From Hallerella sp. (GTDB taxonomy: Bacteria; Bacillota_I; Bacilli_A; RFN20; CAG-826), in contig CAVJFO010000003.1 of the NCBI GenBank assembly GCA_963648925.1, positions 58,304 to 122,303 of the forward strand: a stretch of 64,000 nucleotides of DNA, in the 5' to 3' direction. Position 1 is the stretch's first letter, and the number at the start of each line of letters is the position of its first letter. The position numbers and the translations under genes were made by a program. The notes beneath the pieces were generated by a model, which saw only the letters and a list, made by a program, of their open reading frames with translations, ran no database searches and was not told the origin of the DNA. Below are positions 54,849 through 63,856 of the stretch, piece after piece.

Positions 54849-55157
54849 ATTTATTTGTTCCCTTCGTTCAAGCTTTAGCACCCAACATTACTTGGGTTGT
54901 CGGTGGATCCTAGGGCTTGTCCCTAACCACACTCTTTATTTATATGTTAATTGTATATTTTTCATCTTAGGCATTCAAAGAGAATCTTTTTATAAATGTT
55001 TTTTACGTTAATTGAAAAACTGTCACCTAACGATGTCACATTTCATTTTTCGATTAACATAAAATTATTATTTTTTTCTTGCTTTTTATTTTCAAAACGA
55101 TATAATTCCAATTCCTGGCCAAAAACGCCAGTTATATATAGCAAAGGAGGAAAACGT

Positions 55158-55289
55158 ATGATCAAAAAGCAATTTAAGAACTTACAGACCGCTTACCAAG
55201 ATAAGCAACGCGACGATAAACAATTATCCGTTTTAGCGTCCTGTCTGCTTGATGACTGCATTAATTCAATTGATTCGATCAATTTCTAA
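55158..55289 (+). CDS. small ORF, 43 aa (hypothetical)
   Basis: SD aaaggagg at 55143-55150, ATG at 55158. Sequence MIKKQFKNLQTAYQDKQRDDKQLSVLASCLLDDCINSIDSINF, followed by a terminator. The longer track ORF from 54996 reads through promoter-like AT-rich DNA. Confidence 0.5.
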   Translation: MIKKQFKNLQTAYQDKQRDDKQLSVLASCLLDDCINSIDSINF

Positions 55290-55340
55290 TGCTCATCAAA
55301 TTTCGTGGCTAAATTCTTAAAAGAAATATGCCATCAATTT

Positions 55341-55375
55341 AAAATAACGTAGCCCATTATGAGCTACGTTTTTTA
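55341..55375. terminator. bidirectional terminator
   Basis: Stem aacgtagc/gctacgtt flanked by an A-run and a T-run. Confidence 0.7.
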
Positions 55376-55804
55376 CTATCTTTCACCTAATTGTTTTAAT
55401 TTGGCGATTATTAATGGGATTGCCTCTTCGGGGGTATAAGCGTTCTTGGTTGCTTCTTCGATTGGGCAAAAACCAGTATTGAAATGATTAACGATATTTT
55501 CAACCAAATTATCAAATTTAACTGGTATTCTATAAGTATTTAAGACCTCTAAAGCTGATCTAGAAATCGTTCGGCAATAGATTTCTTTAATTTTAAGCCC
55601 CACATATAAAAGAGCTGCTCCTCTTCCGATGACTTTATCAGCGGCAGAGAAAGAAGATAAATCTCTGCCGTATCTTCTGAGTAAGGGATGCACGCCCCTC
55701 AAGATGTCTGTTTCAGTCTCTTTATCAGAAACTAAGACTAAGGTGTAGCCTCCTCTATATAGTAATTCTTTTGCTTTTTCTAGATTAGTCATACATTTCT
55801 CCAT
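55376..55804 (-). CDS. DUF1893-like protein
   Basis: TLVLVSDKE...DKVIGRGAALL...FCPIEEA pattern. The start may be the ATG at 55792 instead. Confidence 0.65.
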   Translation of the reverse strand: MEKCMTNLEKAKELLYRGGYTLVLVSDKETETDILRGVHPLLRRYGRDLSSFSAADKVIGRGAALLYVGLKIKEIYCRTISRSALEVLNTYRIPVKFDNLVENIVNHFNTGFCPIEEATKNAYTPEEAIPLIIAKLKQLGER

Positions 55805-57284
55805 ATTTCTTCGTCAAATAATCAATAAATGGTTTGCTGCTTAATTCGGAACCCGTAACTTTTTTAATCCAATCGTTAGGCTCCATCCAATCGTAGCAGT
55901 AGTCGTTAGCGGCTAAATAAGCAAGAACCTCATCCATCTTGTTTTCAGAAATGAGTTTCTTTACGTTGATGTCTTTTTCCATTTTCTCAAATATCATCGC
56001 ACCATAAAGGTTTCCTAATAAGTAAGATGGGAAGTAACCGATTTCGTTATCCGACCAATGGATATCTTGCATGCAGCCTTCGCTATCGTTAGGAACATCA
56101 ACATTGAGATATTCTTTATATTTTTTATTCCATATTTGAGGAACGTCTTCGCATTCAATTACTCCATTGATCAAATCACGTTCAATTTCGTAACGGATAA
56201 TGATATGAAGGGAATAGGTAAGCTCATCGGAGTCACAACGATTTGGAATTGGTTCAACGCGATTGACTAAATGGTAGAAGTCATCAACTGACATGTTTTT
56301 AAATTCAGGATCAAGGTTTTTGGCGCATAAATCTTTAAAAATAGGCATAAATTCATAAGATCTAGCGATAATGTTTTCATAAAGCCTTGAGTGAGTTTCG
56401 CAAATAGCGGCTGTTCCAACGCCTTCAAGATAGTTATCATACATTTCTTGAGGCTTGTTTTGGAATTCTAAGGCGTGGCCCGCTTCATGGATCTCTGAAT
56501 AAGCGGCTGCTCTCCAGTCCTTTTCGCTGTATTCGGTCGTAATTCTTGTATCAAATTGAGAAATATCGATTGTGAAAGGATGCATAGATTCTCTCAAACA
56601 TCCTTGTTCTAAATCGTATTTTTCCCATTTCAATAAATCATCGGCCAAATGACGTTGAAGGTCAATTGAATAGGGTTTTAGCGGGGGTATTTGGATTTTT
56701 GATTGCTTTTCTAAGACTTTTGGCAAAAGAGTTTTGATGCATTCTTTGACTGGTTCGAAAATGATATCTAAAGTTTTGCTTCTCTCACCTGGTTCATATG
56801 CGTCTAATGCGGCATCGTATGGCGTTTCCATATCGCCTTTCATCATCAATTTATTGATTTTGCGGGCATTCTTGATGCATTCTTTCCAATATGGAAGCCA
56901 TTTTTGATATTCGTTTGTAGGTTTGTATTTTCTCCACATCTCGTTAGATTTGTAGAAAGACTTCTTACAAGCGACATATTCCTCAATTGGCATCTTTTTT
57001 AGAAGTTCAACGTCATATGAAAGGGATTTAGCAAGTCTTTCTTCTTCCTTAGAAAGATCTTTTTTGTTTAAAAGAGCCTCTAATTTGCTAACGAACTCCT
57101 CACTAGAAAAAATCTTAGCGACTTCTTCGTCCAATTCTGAAGTTAATTCGGATTCTAATTCGATTGATTTAGAAGGGCATGCTGTGGCTAAGTCAAAACC
57201 AATTATCGCGCCTAAAAACCTAGCATGTCTTATTTTCTTTAGATACGGTTCTAATTCCTTAAATTCTTTTGAATGTTCTTTCAT
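55785..57284 (-). CDS. M32 carboxypeptidase (Taq-type metallocarboxypeptidase)
   Basis: MHPFT, TRITTEY, HEAGHALEF (HExxH), IIRYEIE, MQDIHWS. Confidence 0.88.
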   Translation of the reverse strand: MKEHSKEFKELEPYLKKIRHARFLGAIIGFDLATACPSKSIELESELTSELDEEVAKIFSSEEFVSKLEALLNKKDLSKEEERLAKSLSYDVELLKKMPIEEYVACKKSFYKSNEMWRKYKPTNEYQKWLPYWKECIKNARKINKLMMKGDMETPYDAALDAYEPGERSKTLDIIFEPVKECIKTLLPKVLEKQSKIQIPPLKPYSIDLQRHLADDLLKWEKYDLEQGCLRESMHPFTIDISQFDTRITTEYSEKDWRAAAYSEIHEAGHALEFQNKPQEMYDNYLEGVGTAAICETHSRLYENIIARSYEFMPIFKDLCAKNLDPEFKNMSVDDFYHLVNRVEPIPNRCDSDELTYSLHIIIRYEIERDLINGVIECEDVPQIWNKKYKEYLNVDVPNDSEGCMQDIHWSDNEIGYFPSYLLGNLYGAMIFEKMEKDINVKKLISENKMDEVLAYLAANDYCYDWMEPNDWIKKVTGSELSSKPFIDYLTKKYGEMYD

Positions 57285-57352
57285 GAATATCTTCCTTTTT
57301 GCTTATTTTTTCATCCATTAGAAATTATAGGAAATAAGAGAAGAAGTGTCCA

Positions 57353-57991
57353 TTAACGTAATCTGGCATCAGATAGATTAAGAAGAGATGAAAAAAGTTG
57401 AAGAATCTCTGCAAAAACCATTACAAAGTAGCAAATTGCCACGCCACTTCCAGATAAAGAAATTCCGTTTGCAATCGCATATAAACTTATAGAAAGGCAA
57501 TATAGAAGGAAAATCAAATAAGAAAATACCAATGATAAGTATGATGTTTTCTTCTTGAAATGATGATAAGCCAAAATAGAGGCTAACACGCTTGAAGATA
57601 AAGCAAGAATTGAAGAAATAATCATAGTTATATAAGTTAAAGAAAACTCTATATCGCCTTTGATTATTGGCTTAAAAACGAAAGATAGGAAGAAAACGAA
57701 AACAAGGAAAGAAAGAAGACCGACAAACATCGCATCAGAATACGGAATTCCCTTTTTGTTATTATGAACATTAACTAAAAGATATATTCCGTAAATGACA
57801 ACTAGAAGAGATATTATCGTTAACATCAATAAATCTTTCGATCCATATGAAATCGATAAGCCAAAACCATCGTCATAGTAAGAATCGATAGCGGTTAGGA
57901 TATATCCAACCAATGAAGTAACAAATCCAATAAAGCCAGATAATATAAAACCAAGGGGTTTTAAGCGAGTATATTTTTGATTTTGCATCAT
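57353..57991 (-). CDS. unknown 6-TM membrane protein co-transcribed with thiT
   Basis: 212 aa and strongly hydrophobic. Its start overlaps the thiT stop by 4 nt. Confidence 0.65.
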   Translation of the reverse strand: MMQNQKYTRLKPLGFILSGFIGFVTSLVGYILTAIDSYYDDGFGLSISYGSKDLLMLTIISLLVVIYGIYLLVNVHNNKKGIPYSDAMFVGLLSFLVFVFFLSFVFKPIIKGDIEFSLTYITMIISSILALSSSVLASILAYHHFKKKTSYLSLVFSYLIFLLYCLSISLYAIANGISLSGSGVAICYFVMVFAEILQLFSSLLNLSDARLR

Positions 57992-58644
57992 TTTTCTACC
58001 TCCTCATTTTGCTTTTGTGTGTCTTCTGGAGATAACATTTTTGGCCAGGCTTTAACTAAAACGCACGTGACAATAGTTGATAAAACGATATTTGGACCCA
58101 TATAGGCAAGGTTATAGATAAAAGAATAAGCCCATGCGTTGATGTTGCTATCTTTAAAAGACCAGGCGAATGATGAAGCGTCGCTTCCCCAGAATATCGC
58201 GCCAGATAATACGTGAGACATATATTTCGCAAATCCGCCAACAACGCATCCAAGGATGACATATAACATCATTTTTTTAGAAGAACCTGCATTTTTCTTG
58301 ATTTCATGAGTGAAAATCCCAGCAAGCGAAACAAGAGGATAGGCAATCCAATAATCAAGTGCAACCTGAATAAATGTCATATACCACGATGCACCAGAAA
58401 CGACATAAAATCCATCGGCAATATCTAATAAACCCATGATGAGCCCTGTTATTAAGCCAGGAAGGAAACCCCTGCGATATGAAATAACGAATACGCAGAC
58501 CATCGCCACTCCTAAAGATCCGCCATTAGGAAATAAAGGGCTAGAATAAATGCCAGCCAATAAATCAAGAACGTAGCCTAATGCAGAAAATATGGCGATT
58601 TCAGCAATGGTTTTAACGTTCCAAGTTTTTCTTTGCTTATCCAT
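57988..58644 (-). CDS. thiT: thiamine transporter, ECF S-component ThiT
   Basis: Resembles B. subtilis ThiT/YuaJ (IAEIAIFSALGYVLD, GGS, LDYWIAYP, MSHVLSGAIFWG, YNLAYMGPN). Lies behind a TPP riboswitch. Confidence 0.85.
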   Translation of the reverse strand: MDKQRKTWNVKTIAEIAIFSALGYVLDLLAGIYSSPLFPNGGSLGVAMVCVFVISYRRGFLPGLITGLIMGLLDIADGFYVVSGASWYMTFIQVALDYWIAYPLVSLAGIFTHEIKKNAGSSKKMMLYVILGCVVGGFAKYMSHVLSGAIFWGSDASSFAWSFKDSNINAWAYSFIYNLAYMGPNIVLSTIVTCVLVKAWPKMLSPEDTQKQNEEVEK

Positions 58645-58664
58645 AAATACCTCCTAGATAAAGA

Positions 58665-58800
58665 AAAACCGCACGATTTAGAAAATGTGCGGGGAACGTT
58701 TAAAAAACATCTACCTACGCTAGCATTATCTAGATCAGGTTTCGGGTCGTCACGAATTAGTGACCTCTCAGCAATCTTAGGGATGCTCCCCGGGCTTTTA
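58665..58800 (-). promoter_or_regulatory. TPP riboswitch (THI element) with intrinsic terminator
   Basis: The minus strand reads ggggagcatccctaagattgctgagaggtcactaattcgtgacgacccgaaacctgatctagataatgctagcgtaggtag. It is followed by hairpin ccgcac...gtgcgg and tttttcttt, then the SD of thiT. Confidence 0.9.
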
Positions 58801-58826
58801 ACCGCATTTATTATAACACCGTTTAT

Positions 58827-59459
58827 TTACTTGCAATCAGTTTTATCGTTTTTGCTTAAAAACATTAAAAACCGTCCGTCGTTGACTTTTATATATCCTT
58901 CCTTTTTCTTTAATTCGTTTGAGATAGCTAAACCTTCTCCTTTAAGAATTAAATGGTTATCTAAATCATAAGCAAAACCCTTAAGAGTTAGTCTTCCCCC
59001 GTTTTCGATTGGGAAAAAGGAAATATATTTATATGAGCGGTCGTTTAAAATCATTTCGTCATCGATCATTTTTATTAAAGTGTCATCATCTTCGACGGAA
59101 ACTCTTTTATCTTGCATGACTAGTTCAAGATTGGCATAAAAATGTTCAATTCTTCTTCCTTGGATTCCACCAAGTAATACAAAAGAAACGTCTTTTTCAT
59201 CTTTCCAAAGACTATAGGCATGTTTGGTATCAGTATCGTCTTTGATTGGATTCAATTCAATAATCCGTTGGACTTTTGCATGGATTTTTGAAATTTCAGC
59301 ATCTGAGCAAGAATCAAAATCCCCTACCGCATAATCTAAATCGAGGCCGTTTTCTAAAGCTAAAATGCTTCCCTTATCGATGCCAACTTTGATTGAATCA
59401 ACAGAAAAAACATAGTTTTTTAAATCTATGTTATTTCCGATTATTAAATAAACTTTCAT
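58827..59459 (-). CDS. thiN: thiamine pyrophosphokinase
   Basis: GIDKGSILALENGLDLDYAVGDFDS, a GG..GRRIEH-type segment, and a C-terminal thiamine-binding domain. Confidence 0.85.
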   Translation of the reverse strand: MKVYLIIGNNIDLKNYVFSVDSIKVGIDKGSILALENGLDLDYAVGDFDSCSDAEISKIHAKVQRIIELNPIKDDTDTKHAYSLWKDEKDVSFVLLGGIQGRRIEHFYANLELVMQDKRVSVEDDDTLIKMIDDEMILNDRSYKYISFFPIENGGRLTLKGFAYDLDNHLILKGEGLAISNELKKKEGYIKVNDGRFLMFLSKNDKTDCK

Positions 59460-59461
59460 TA

Positions 59462-60724
59462 TTAGTTCAAAGAAAGGCTGATTTCTTTGATTGTGAAATC
59501 AGGTTTTAATACGACAGAGAAATAATAGGTTGAATTTGCATCCAAACTGAAATATCCATCATCAAGCGTGGTTAAACCAATATCGCTTGGCATATTGAAA
59601 GATGATGGGGAATAGAAATCCGATCCAGCGGAATTGCTTAAACGATAAGTGTAATTATCTCCTTTTGGCTTGTAAGCTAATTCAAAAGCGAAATTATCAT
59701 TGCCATACGTTTGCTGGTAATCGCGTGTGATATTAGTGAATGTTGTTTTGTCACTTAGAACGCCATCGTTATAAATTTCTAAAACTGGAGTGGCGGAATT
59801 TAATTGCCAATATTCCTTTGCCTCAAAAGGAACCCCCGCAAATAATGTTTGCCCATAGAAATAAGATGTATCTTCATTATAAGAAGAGACATTCCCATCT
59901 TCTAGTGAATTGCCATAAAAATCAGTAAGATAATCAACCGTTTTGTTTGTTCTTAAACTTTTGATGCGGTAGCCATTATCTAATGTTTCTAGAGCTAGTT
60001 TAGAAACATCGCTTGTTAAGGCCGTGACACTCTTAGCGGAGTCATTGCGGTATAAAGGGTTGGTAACGGTTGATTTGCTAAGCGAAGAATAAAGAGCGTT
60101 AATTGTCCCTTCATCGTTCTTAAAATACGAAAAAGCGTAAGAGGAGAACTTATTGAAATTAGTAATTAAATAAGTGTTCCATTTATAATCGAGGTCACTT
60201 TCATCGGCGAAATTTCCATTTACCAAAGAATATGTAACGCCAAATTCTTTTGCTCCGGAAGCTTTATAAAAACTCTTTTTATATAAGCCGTATTTTGTCG
60301 TTAAACGCCCGGAGGTTAACATATCGGAAGGATTCTCCAATACGGCGATCATATTACGCGTGTCGTATGATTCTGTTATCCAAATTTGATTTTCAAAAAC
60401 GGAAGAAGTAACCGTTTCATTCTCGATAATGATTTTGTTTTTGTATAACGCGGTTATTTTTGAACTTGTCGATTGAGATTTGCTTATCGATTTTGAATTA
60501 ATGGAACCGTATAACTTTTCATCATCTTTTGATGAAGAGGAAGATACTTGGATGCTAGCGATATCGAGGATGTTTTCGATAACGCTTTTTTGAACAAGAC
60601 TTTTTTCGTAATTGTTCAGAGGGTTTTCATAGTCATTTATATCACTCGCGCTGTCTTTTGAAGGGCTACAAGAAGCTAGCAAACATCCAAACAGGGAGAA
60701 GATTATTAATTTTTTGTTTTTCAT
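59462..60724 (-). CDS. orphan surface lipoprotein (hypothetical)
   Basis: MKNKKLIIFSLFGCLLASCS lipobox. Start moved to the ATG at 60724. No recognisable domain. Confidence 0.65.
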   Translation of the reverse strand: MKNKKLIIFSLFGCLLASCSPSKDSASDINDYENPLNNYEKSLVQKSVIENILDIASIQVSSSSSKDDEKLYGSINSKSISKSQSTSSKITALYKNKIIIENETVTSSVFENQIWITESYDTRNMIAVLENPSDMLTSGRLTTKYGLYKKSFYKASGAKEFGVTYSLVNGNFADESDLDYKWNTYLITNFNKFSSYAFSYFKNDEGTINALYSSLSKSTVTNPLYRNDSAKSVTALTSDVSKLALETLDNGYRIKSLRTNKTVDYLTDFYGNSLEDGNVSSYNEDTSYFYGQTLFAGVPFEAKEYWQLNSATPVLEIYNDGVLSDKTTFTNITRDYQQTYGNDNFAFELAYKPKGDNYTYRLSNSAGSDFYSPSSFNMPSDIGLTTLDDGYFSLDANSTYYFSVVLKPDFTIKEISLSLN

Positions 60725-60832
60725 ATCACAATAATTAAAGCACAAAAAACACTTTTGTGTTACAAAAGGATAATCATATAAGCGTTGAATTTCTAGCATT
60801 ATTTATCAAAATTTGAGATAATCACCCTTGTT

Positions 60833-62365
60833 ATGGCCTTATTAGAATTAGAGAACATAGAATTTAATTACTCCGACAAAGAATTGTATCGTCAAGCGTC
60901 TTTAAAAATGAACCCTGGCGAGCATTGTGTTTTAGTTGGTGTCAATGGGTGTGGAAAAACCACTCTTTTAGGCATGATTGTCGGTGATCTAATTCCCGAT
61001 AAAGGCAAAGTCATCTGGGAATCTGGCACGACTTACTCTTATCTCGATCAGCAATTAAAGGTCGCTCAAGATATGCCAGTCCACCAATATTTATATGGCG
61101 TTTATGAAGATCTTTTCCAAAAAGAAAAACAAATGGAAAAACTTTATGAGCAAAGCGCTTTAGATCCTGACAATTTCGAAAAATACCTAGCAAAAGCCGA
61201 ACGAATTCAAGAAGAACTTGATAGTAAAAGTTTCTATGCTCTCCAAGAAAAGGTCGGTCGTTTAACGGATGGACTCGGTTTTGACAAAGAACATTTAGAC
61301 GCCCCACTCGCTCAACTTTCTTCTGGTCAAAGAGAAAAAGCCTATTTAGCTAAAATGCTTCTTGAGGAAAAAGATGTTCTTATTATGGATGAGCCAACAA
61401 ACTTCCTTGATCAAGGACAAGTCGCGTGGCTTGCTAAATATCTTTCAAACTATCCGAAAGCATTCCTCGTCGTATCGCACGACCAAGAATTCCTTAAACA
61501 AATAGCCAATGTCGTTTTCGTTTTAGAAAATCAAACGATAACACGTTATAAAGGAACATTCGAACATTACCTCACTCAACATGAGTTAGATAAAGAACAA
61601 TATAAAAAGGATTATGAGGCTCAGCAACGTTATATTAAAAAGGAAGAAACGTTTATCGCTAAGCATATCGTAAGAGCAACCTCGGCAAAAGCCGCAAAGT
61701 CGCACCGCGCAAGACTCGCTCATTTAGACGTCATGGAAGCGCCAGGAAAAGAAGAAGGCCGTGTTTTTATTTCTTTCTCTTACACTCATCCGGTTGGAAA
61801 GATACCCCTTAGAGTCGAAGATTTGGTGATAGGTTATAACAAACCTTTGCTTGACCCGATTTCCTTCGAATTGAATGAAGGCGAAAAGATTGCCATTCTT
61901 GGCCAAAATGGCGTTGGCAAATCAACTTTCTTGAAAACGATATTGGGAGATATTCCATCTTTGGGTGGCAGTTTTTCCTTTTTACCAGGCATAGTTGTCA
62001 ACTATTTCAATCAAGATGAAAAAATTGATATGAGCATGACTCCTTTTGAATATCTTCATTCTCGTTACCCAGACTATAACAACACAGAAATTCGCAAAGC
62101 CTTAGGCAATTGCGGAGTTAGAAAAGAATTAGCTTTAAGGCCAATGAAAGAACTATCCGGTGGAGAAGTGGCTAAGACAAGATTTGCCTTAATGACCTTC
62201 AAAAAGAGTAATTTCCTTGTTTTGGACGAGCCGACAAACCACCTCGATCAAAAAGCAAAAGATGCCATTTTTGATTGCATCGAAAGATATCCTGGATCTG
62301 TAATTATCGTTTCGCACGAAAAAGATTTTTATGACGGATTAGTTGATTACGAGATGCATTTCTAA
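60833..62365 (+). CDS. ABC-F family ATPase (two NBDs, no TM domain)
   Basis: GVNGCGKTT and GQNGVGKST Walker A motifs, two LSGG signatures, and an inter-domain linker. Confidence 0.9.
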   Translation: MALLELENIEFNYSDKELYRQASLKMNPGEHCVLVGVNGCGKTTLLGMIVGDLIPDKGKVIWESGTTYSYLDQQLKVAQDMPVHQYLYGVYEDLFQKEKQMEKLYEQSALDPDNFEKYLAKAERIQEELDSKSFYALQEKVGRLTDGLGFDKEHLDAPLAQLSSGQREKAYLAKMLLEEKDVLIMDEPTNFLDQGQVAWLAKYLSNYPKAFLVVSHDQEFLKQIANVVFVLENQTITRYKGTFEHYLTQHELDKEQYKKDYEAQQRYIKKEETFIAKHIVRATSAKAAKSHRARLAHLDVMEAPGKEEGRVFISFSYTHPVGKIPLRVEDLVIGYNKPLLDPISFELNEGEKIAILGQNGVGKSTFLKTILGDIPSLGGSFSFLPGIVVNYFNQDEKIDMSMTPFEYLHSRYPDYNNTEIRKALGNCGVRKELALRPMKELSGGEVAKTRFALMTFKKSNFLVLDEPTNHLDQKAKDAIFDCIERYPGSVIIVSHEKDFYDGLVDYEMHF

Positions 62366-62880
62366 GCCAATCTCTTTATTTCCCTAAAACCAAAAACGTA
62401 GAATAAGCCCCTGAATAATGGGGTTTTTCTCCAATAATCATAACCGGTAATATCACTATTAAATATAGCGGTCATTTTACGATAATTCATATCCAAATCA
62501 GTTAGAAGATCGAAATATGTTTCGTAATTGTTATTGTTTTTATAATCGGTGGAATTAGCAAACATTATCAATTGTTTTTGCAAAGTTGTTAAAACCATTA
62601 TCGAAGGCTCGATATCGCTAGTTTTTAGTTTATTTAAATTTAAAGAATTGACCTCTTTGACGGTAGCTAAAATTGACTCATCTTTGATATCTTTTTCCAT
62701 CAAAGAAAATAGTGAAACCAAAACATCTCTTTTTTCAGTGAACAAGATGGAAATCGCTAAAGTCTTTTTCCTGATTTTTTCTTTGAAAGTTGCGATACAT
62801 TCAAGGGCATAGAAAAATCCTATAGCGTAAATTGCTAGCAAAATTGATATCACGTAGAAGAAAACCTGCCACCATTCCAT
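62362..62880 (-). CDS. LemA-like membrane-anchored protein (divergent)
   Basis: N-terminal TM helix. The C-terminal AIFNSDITGYDYWRKTPLFRGLFYVFGF resembles the LemA C-terminal YN...YN...FP...GF pattern. Confidence 0.5.
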   Translation of the reverse strand: MEWWQVFFYVISILLAIYAIGFFYALECIATFKEKIRKKTLAISILFTEKRDVLVSLFSLMEKDIKDESILATVKEVNSLNLNKLKTSDIEPSIMVLTTLQKQLIMFANSTDYKNNNNYETYFDLLTDLDMNYRKMTAIFNSDITGYDYWRKTPLFRGLFYVFGFREIKRLA

Positions 62881-63019
62881 GAAATTAGTTTAGTTTTCAT
62901 TCGAATAAAAGGCAAATTATCTTTTTTGACGACATTTTCTGAAAGCAATGTAACATATTCTGAAATTGACACGTTCATATAATGAAGGTAAACTATTATC
63001 ACTCTTAAGAGTGAAGATT

Positions 63020-63853
63020 ATGAAAAAACCTATTGTTGCAATTCTCTATGATTTCGATTCCACGCTAGCAACTAGCGATATGCAAAATTTTGGGTTTATC
63101 CCATCTTTAGGCATGACCCCAGAGGAATTCTGGGCTAAAACTGGAACTTTCTGCGATAAAAGCGGAATGGAAAGAACGCTCGGCTATCTTTACGTGATGT
63201 TACAATCATGCAAAGAAAAAGGCATCGAAATGAGTAAAGAATGGCTTAGAGAGCAAGGAAAAGCTATCGAATTTTGGCCTGGTGTGGTTGACTGGTTTCA
63301 AAGAATTAACGACTACGGAAAAGAAAATGGCTTGAAAATTGAGCATTACCTCGTTTCTTCGGGCAATAAGGAGATTGTTGAGGGGTGCGCTATCGCTAAA
63401 GAATTTAAGGTTATTTATGGCTGTGAATTCTTCTATGACGAGAATGACAAAGCCGTTTGGCCTAAGTTAGCGATTAACTTTACCCAAAAGACACAATATT
63501 TTTATCGAATCTCTAAGGGTGCAGTCGATGCGAATGATGATAAGGGCGTCAATGAGAAACAGCCTGATCGTCGCGTCCCATATTCAAACATGATTTATAT
63601 CGGAGACGGAATGACGGATATTCCTGCGATGATTGTTGCTAAGAATAGTGGCGGGAAATCAATTGCCGTCTACCCAAGAGGGAAAGAAGACAAGGTTGCT
63701 AGCCTCTTCCAAGACGGACGCGTTAACTACGTTTGCCCAGCCGATTACCGCGCAGGGAAAGAACTTGATAAGGTAATGCATCTTGTTATTCAAGGCATTG
63801 CAATCAAAGAAAGCCTTGCAAAAAGAGAAAATCATAACCCAGCTCAGGACTAA
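63020..63853 (+). CDS. HAD-superfamily hydrolase
   Basis: ILYDFDSTL (DxDxT), IGDGMTDIP. ATG at 63020 preferred. Confidence 0.75.
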   Translation: MKKPIVAILYDFDSTLATSDMQNFGFIPSLGMTPEEFWAKTGTFCDKSGMERTLGYLYVMLQSCKEKGIEMSKEWLREQGKAIEFWPGVVDWFQRINDYGKENGLKIEHYLVSSGNKEIVEGCAIAKEFKVIYGCEFFYDENDKAVWPKLAINFTQKTQYFYRISKGAVDANDDKGVNEKQPDRRVPYSNMIYIGDGMTDIPAMIVAKNSGGKSIAVYPRGKEDKVASLFQDGRVNYVCPADYRAGKELDKVMHLVIQGIAIKESLAKRENHNPAQD

Positions 63854-63856
63854 TTT

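Noticed and set aside
54996-55157. Upstream part of the 97-aa track ORF 54996-55289.
   Set aside because: It reads through AT-rich promoter-like DNA. The consensus SD sits immediately before the internal ATG at 55158, so only the 43-aa version is plausible.
58633-58971. 112-aa plus-strand ORF.
   Set aside because: It runs antisense through the TPP riboswitch, its terminator and the 3' end of the thiamine pyrophosphokinase gene, so it is an artefact of the non-coding RNA region.
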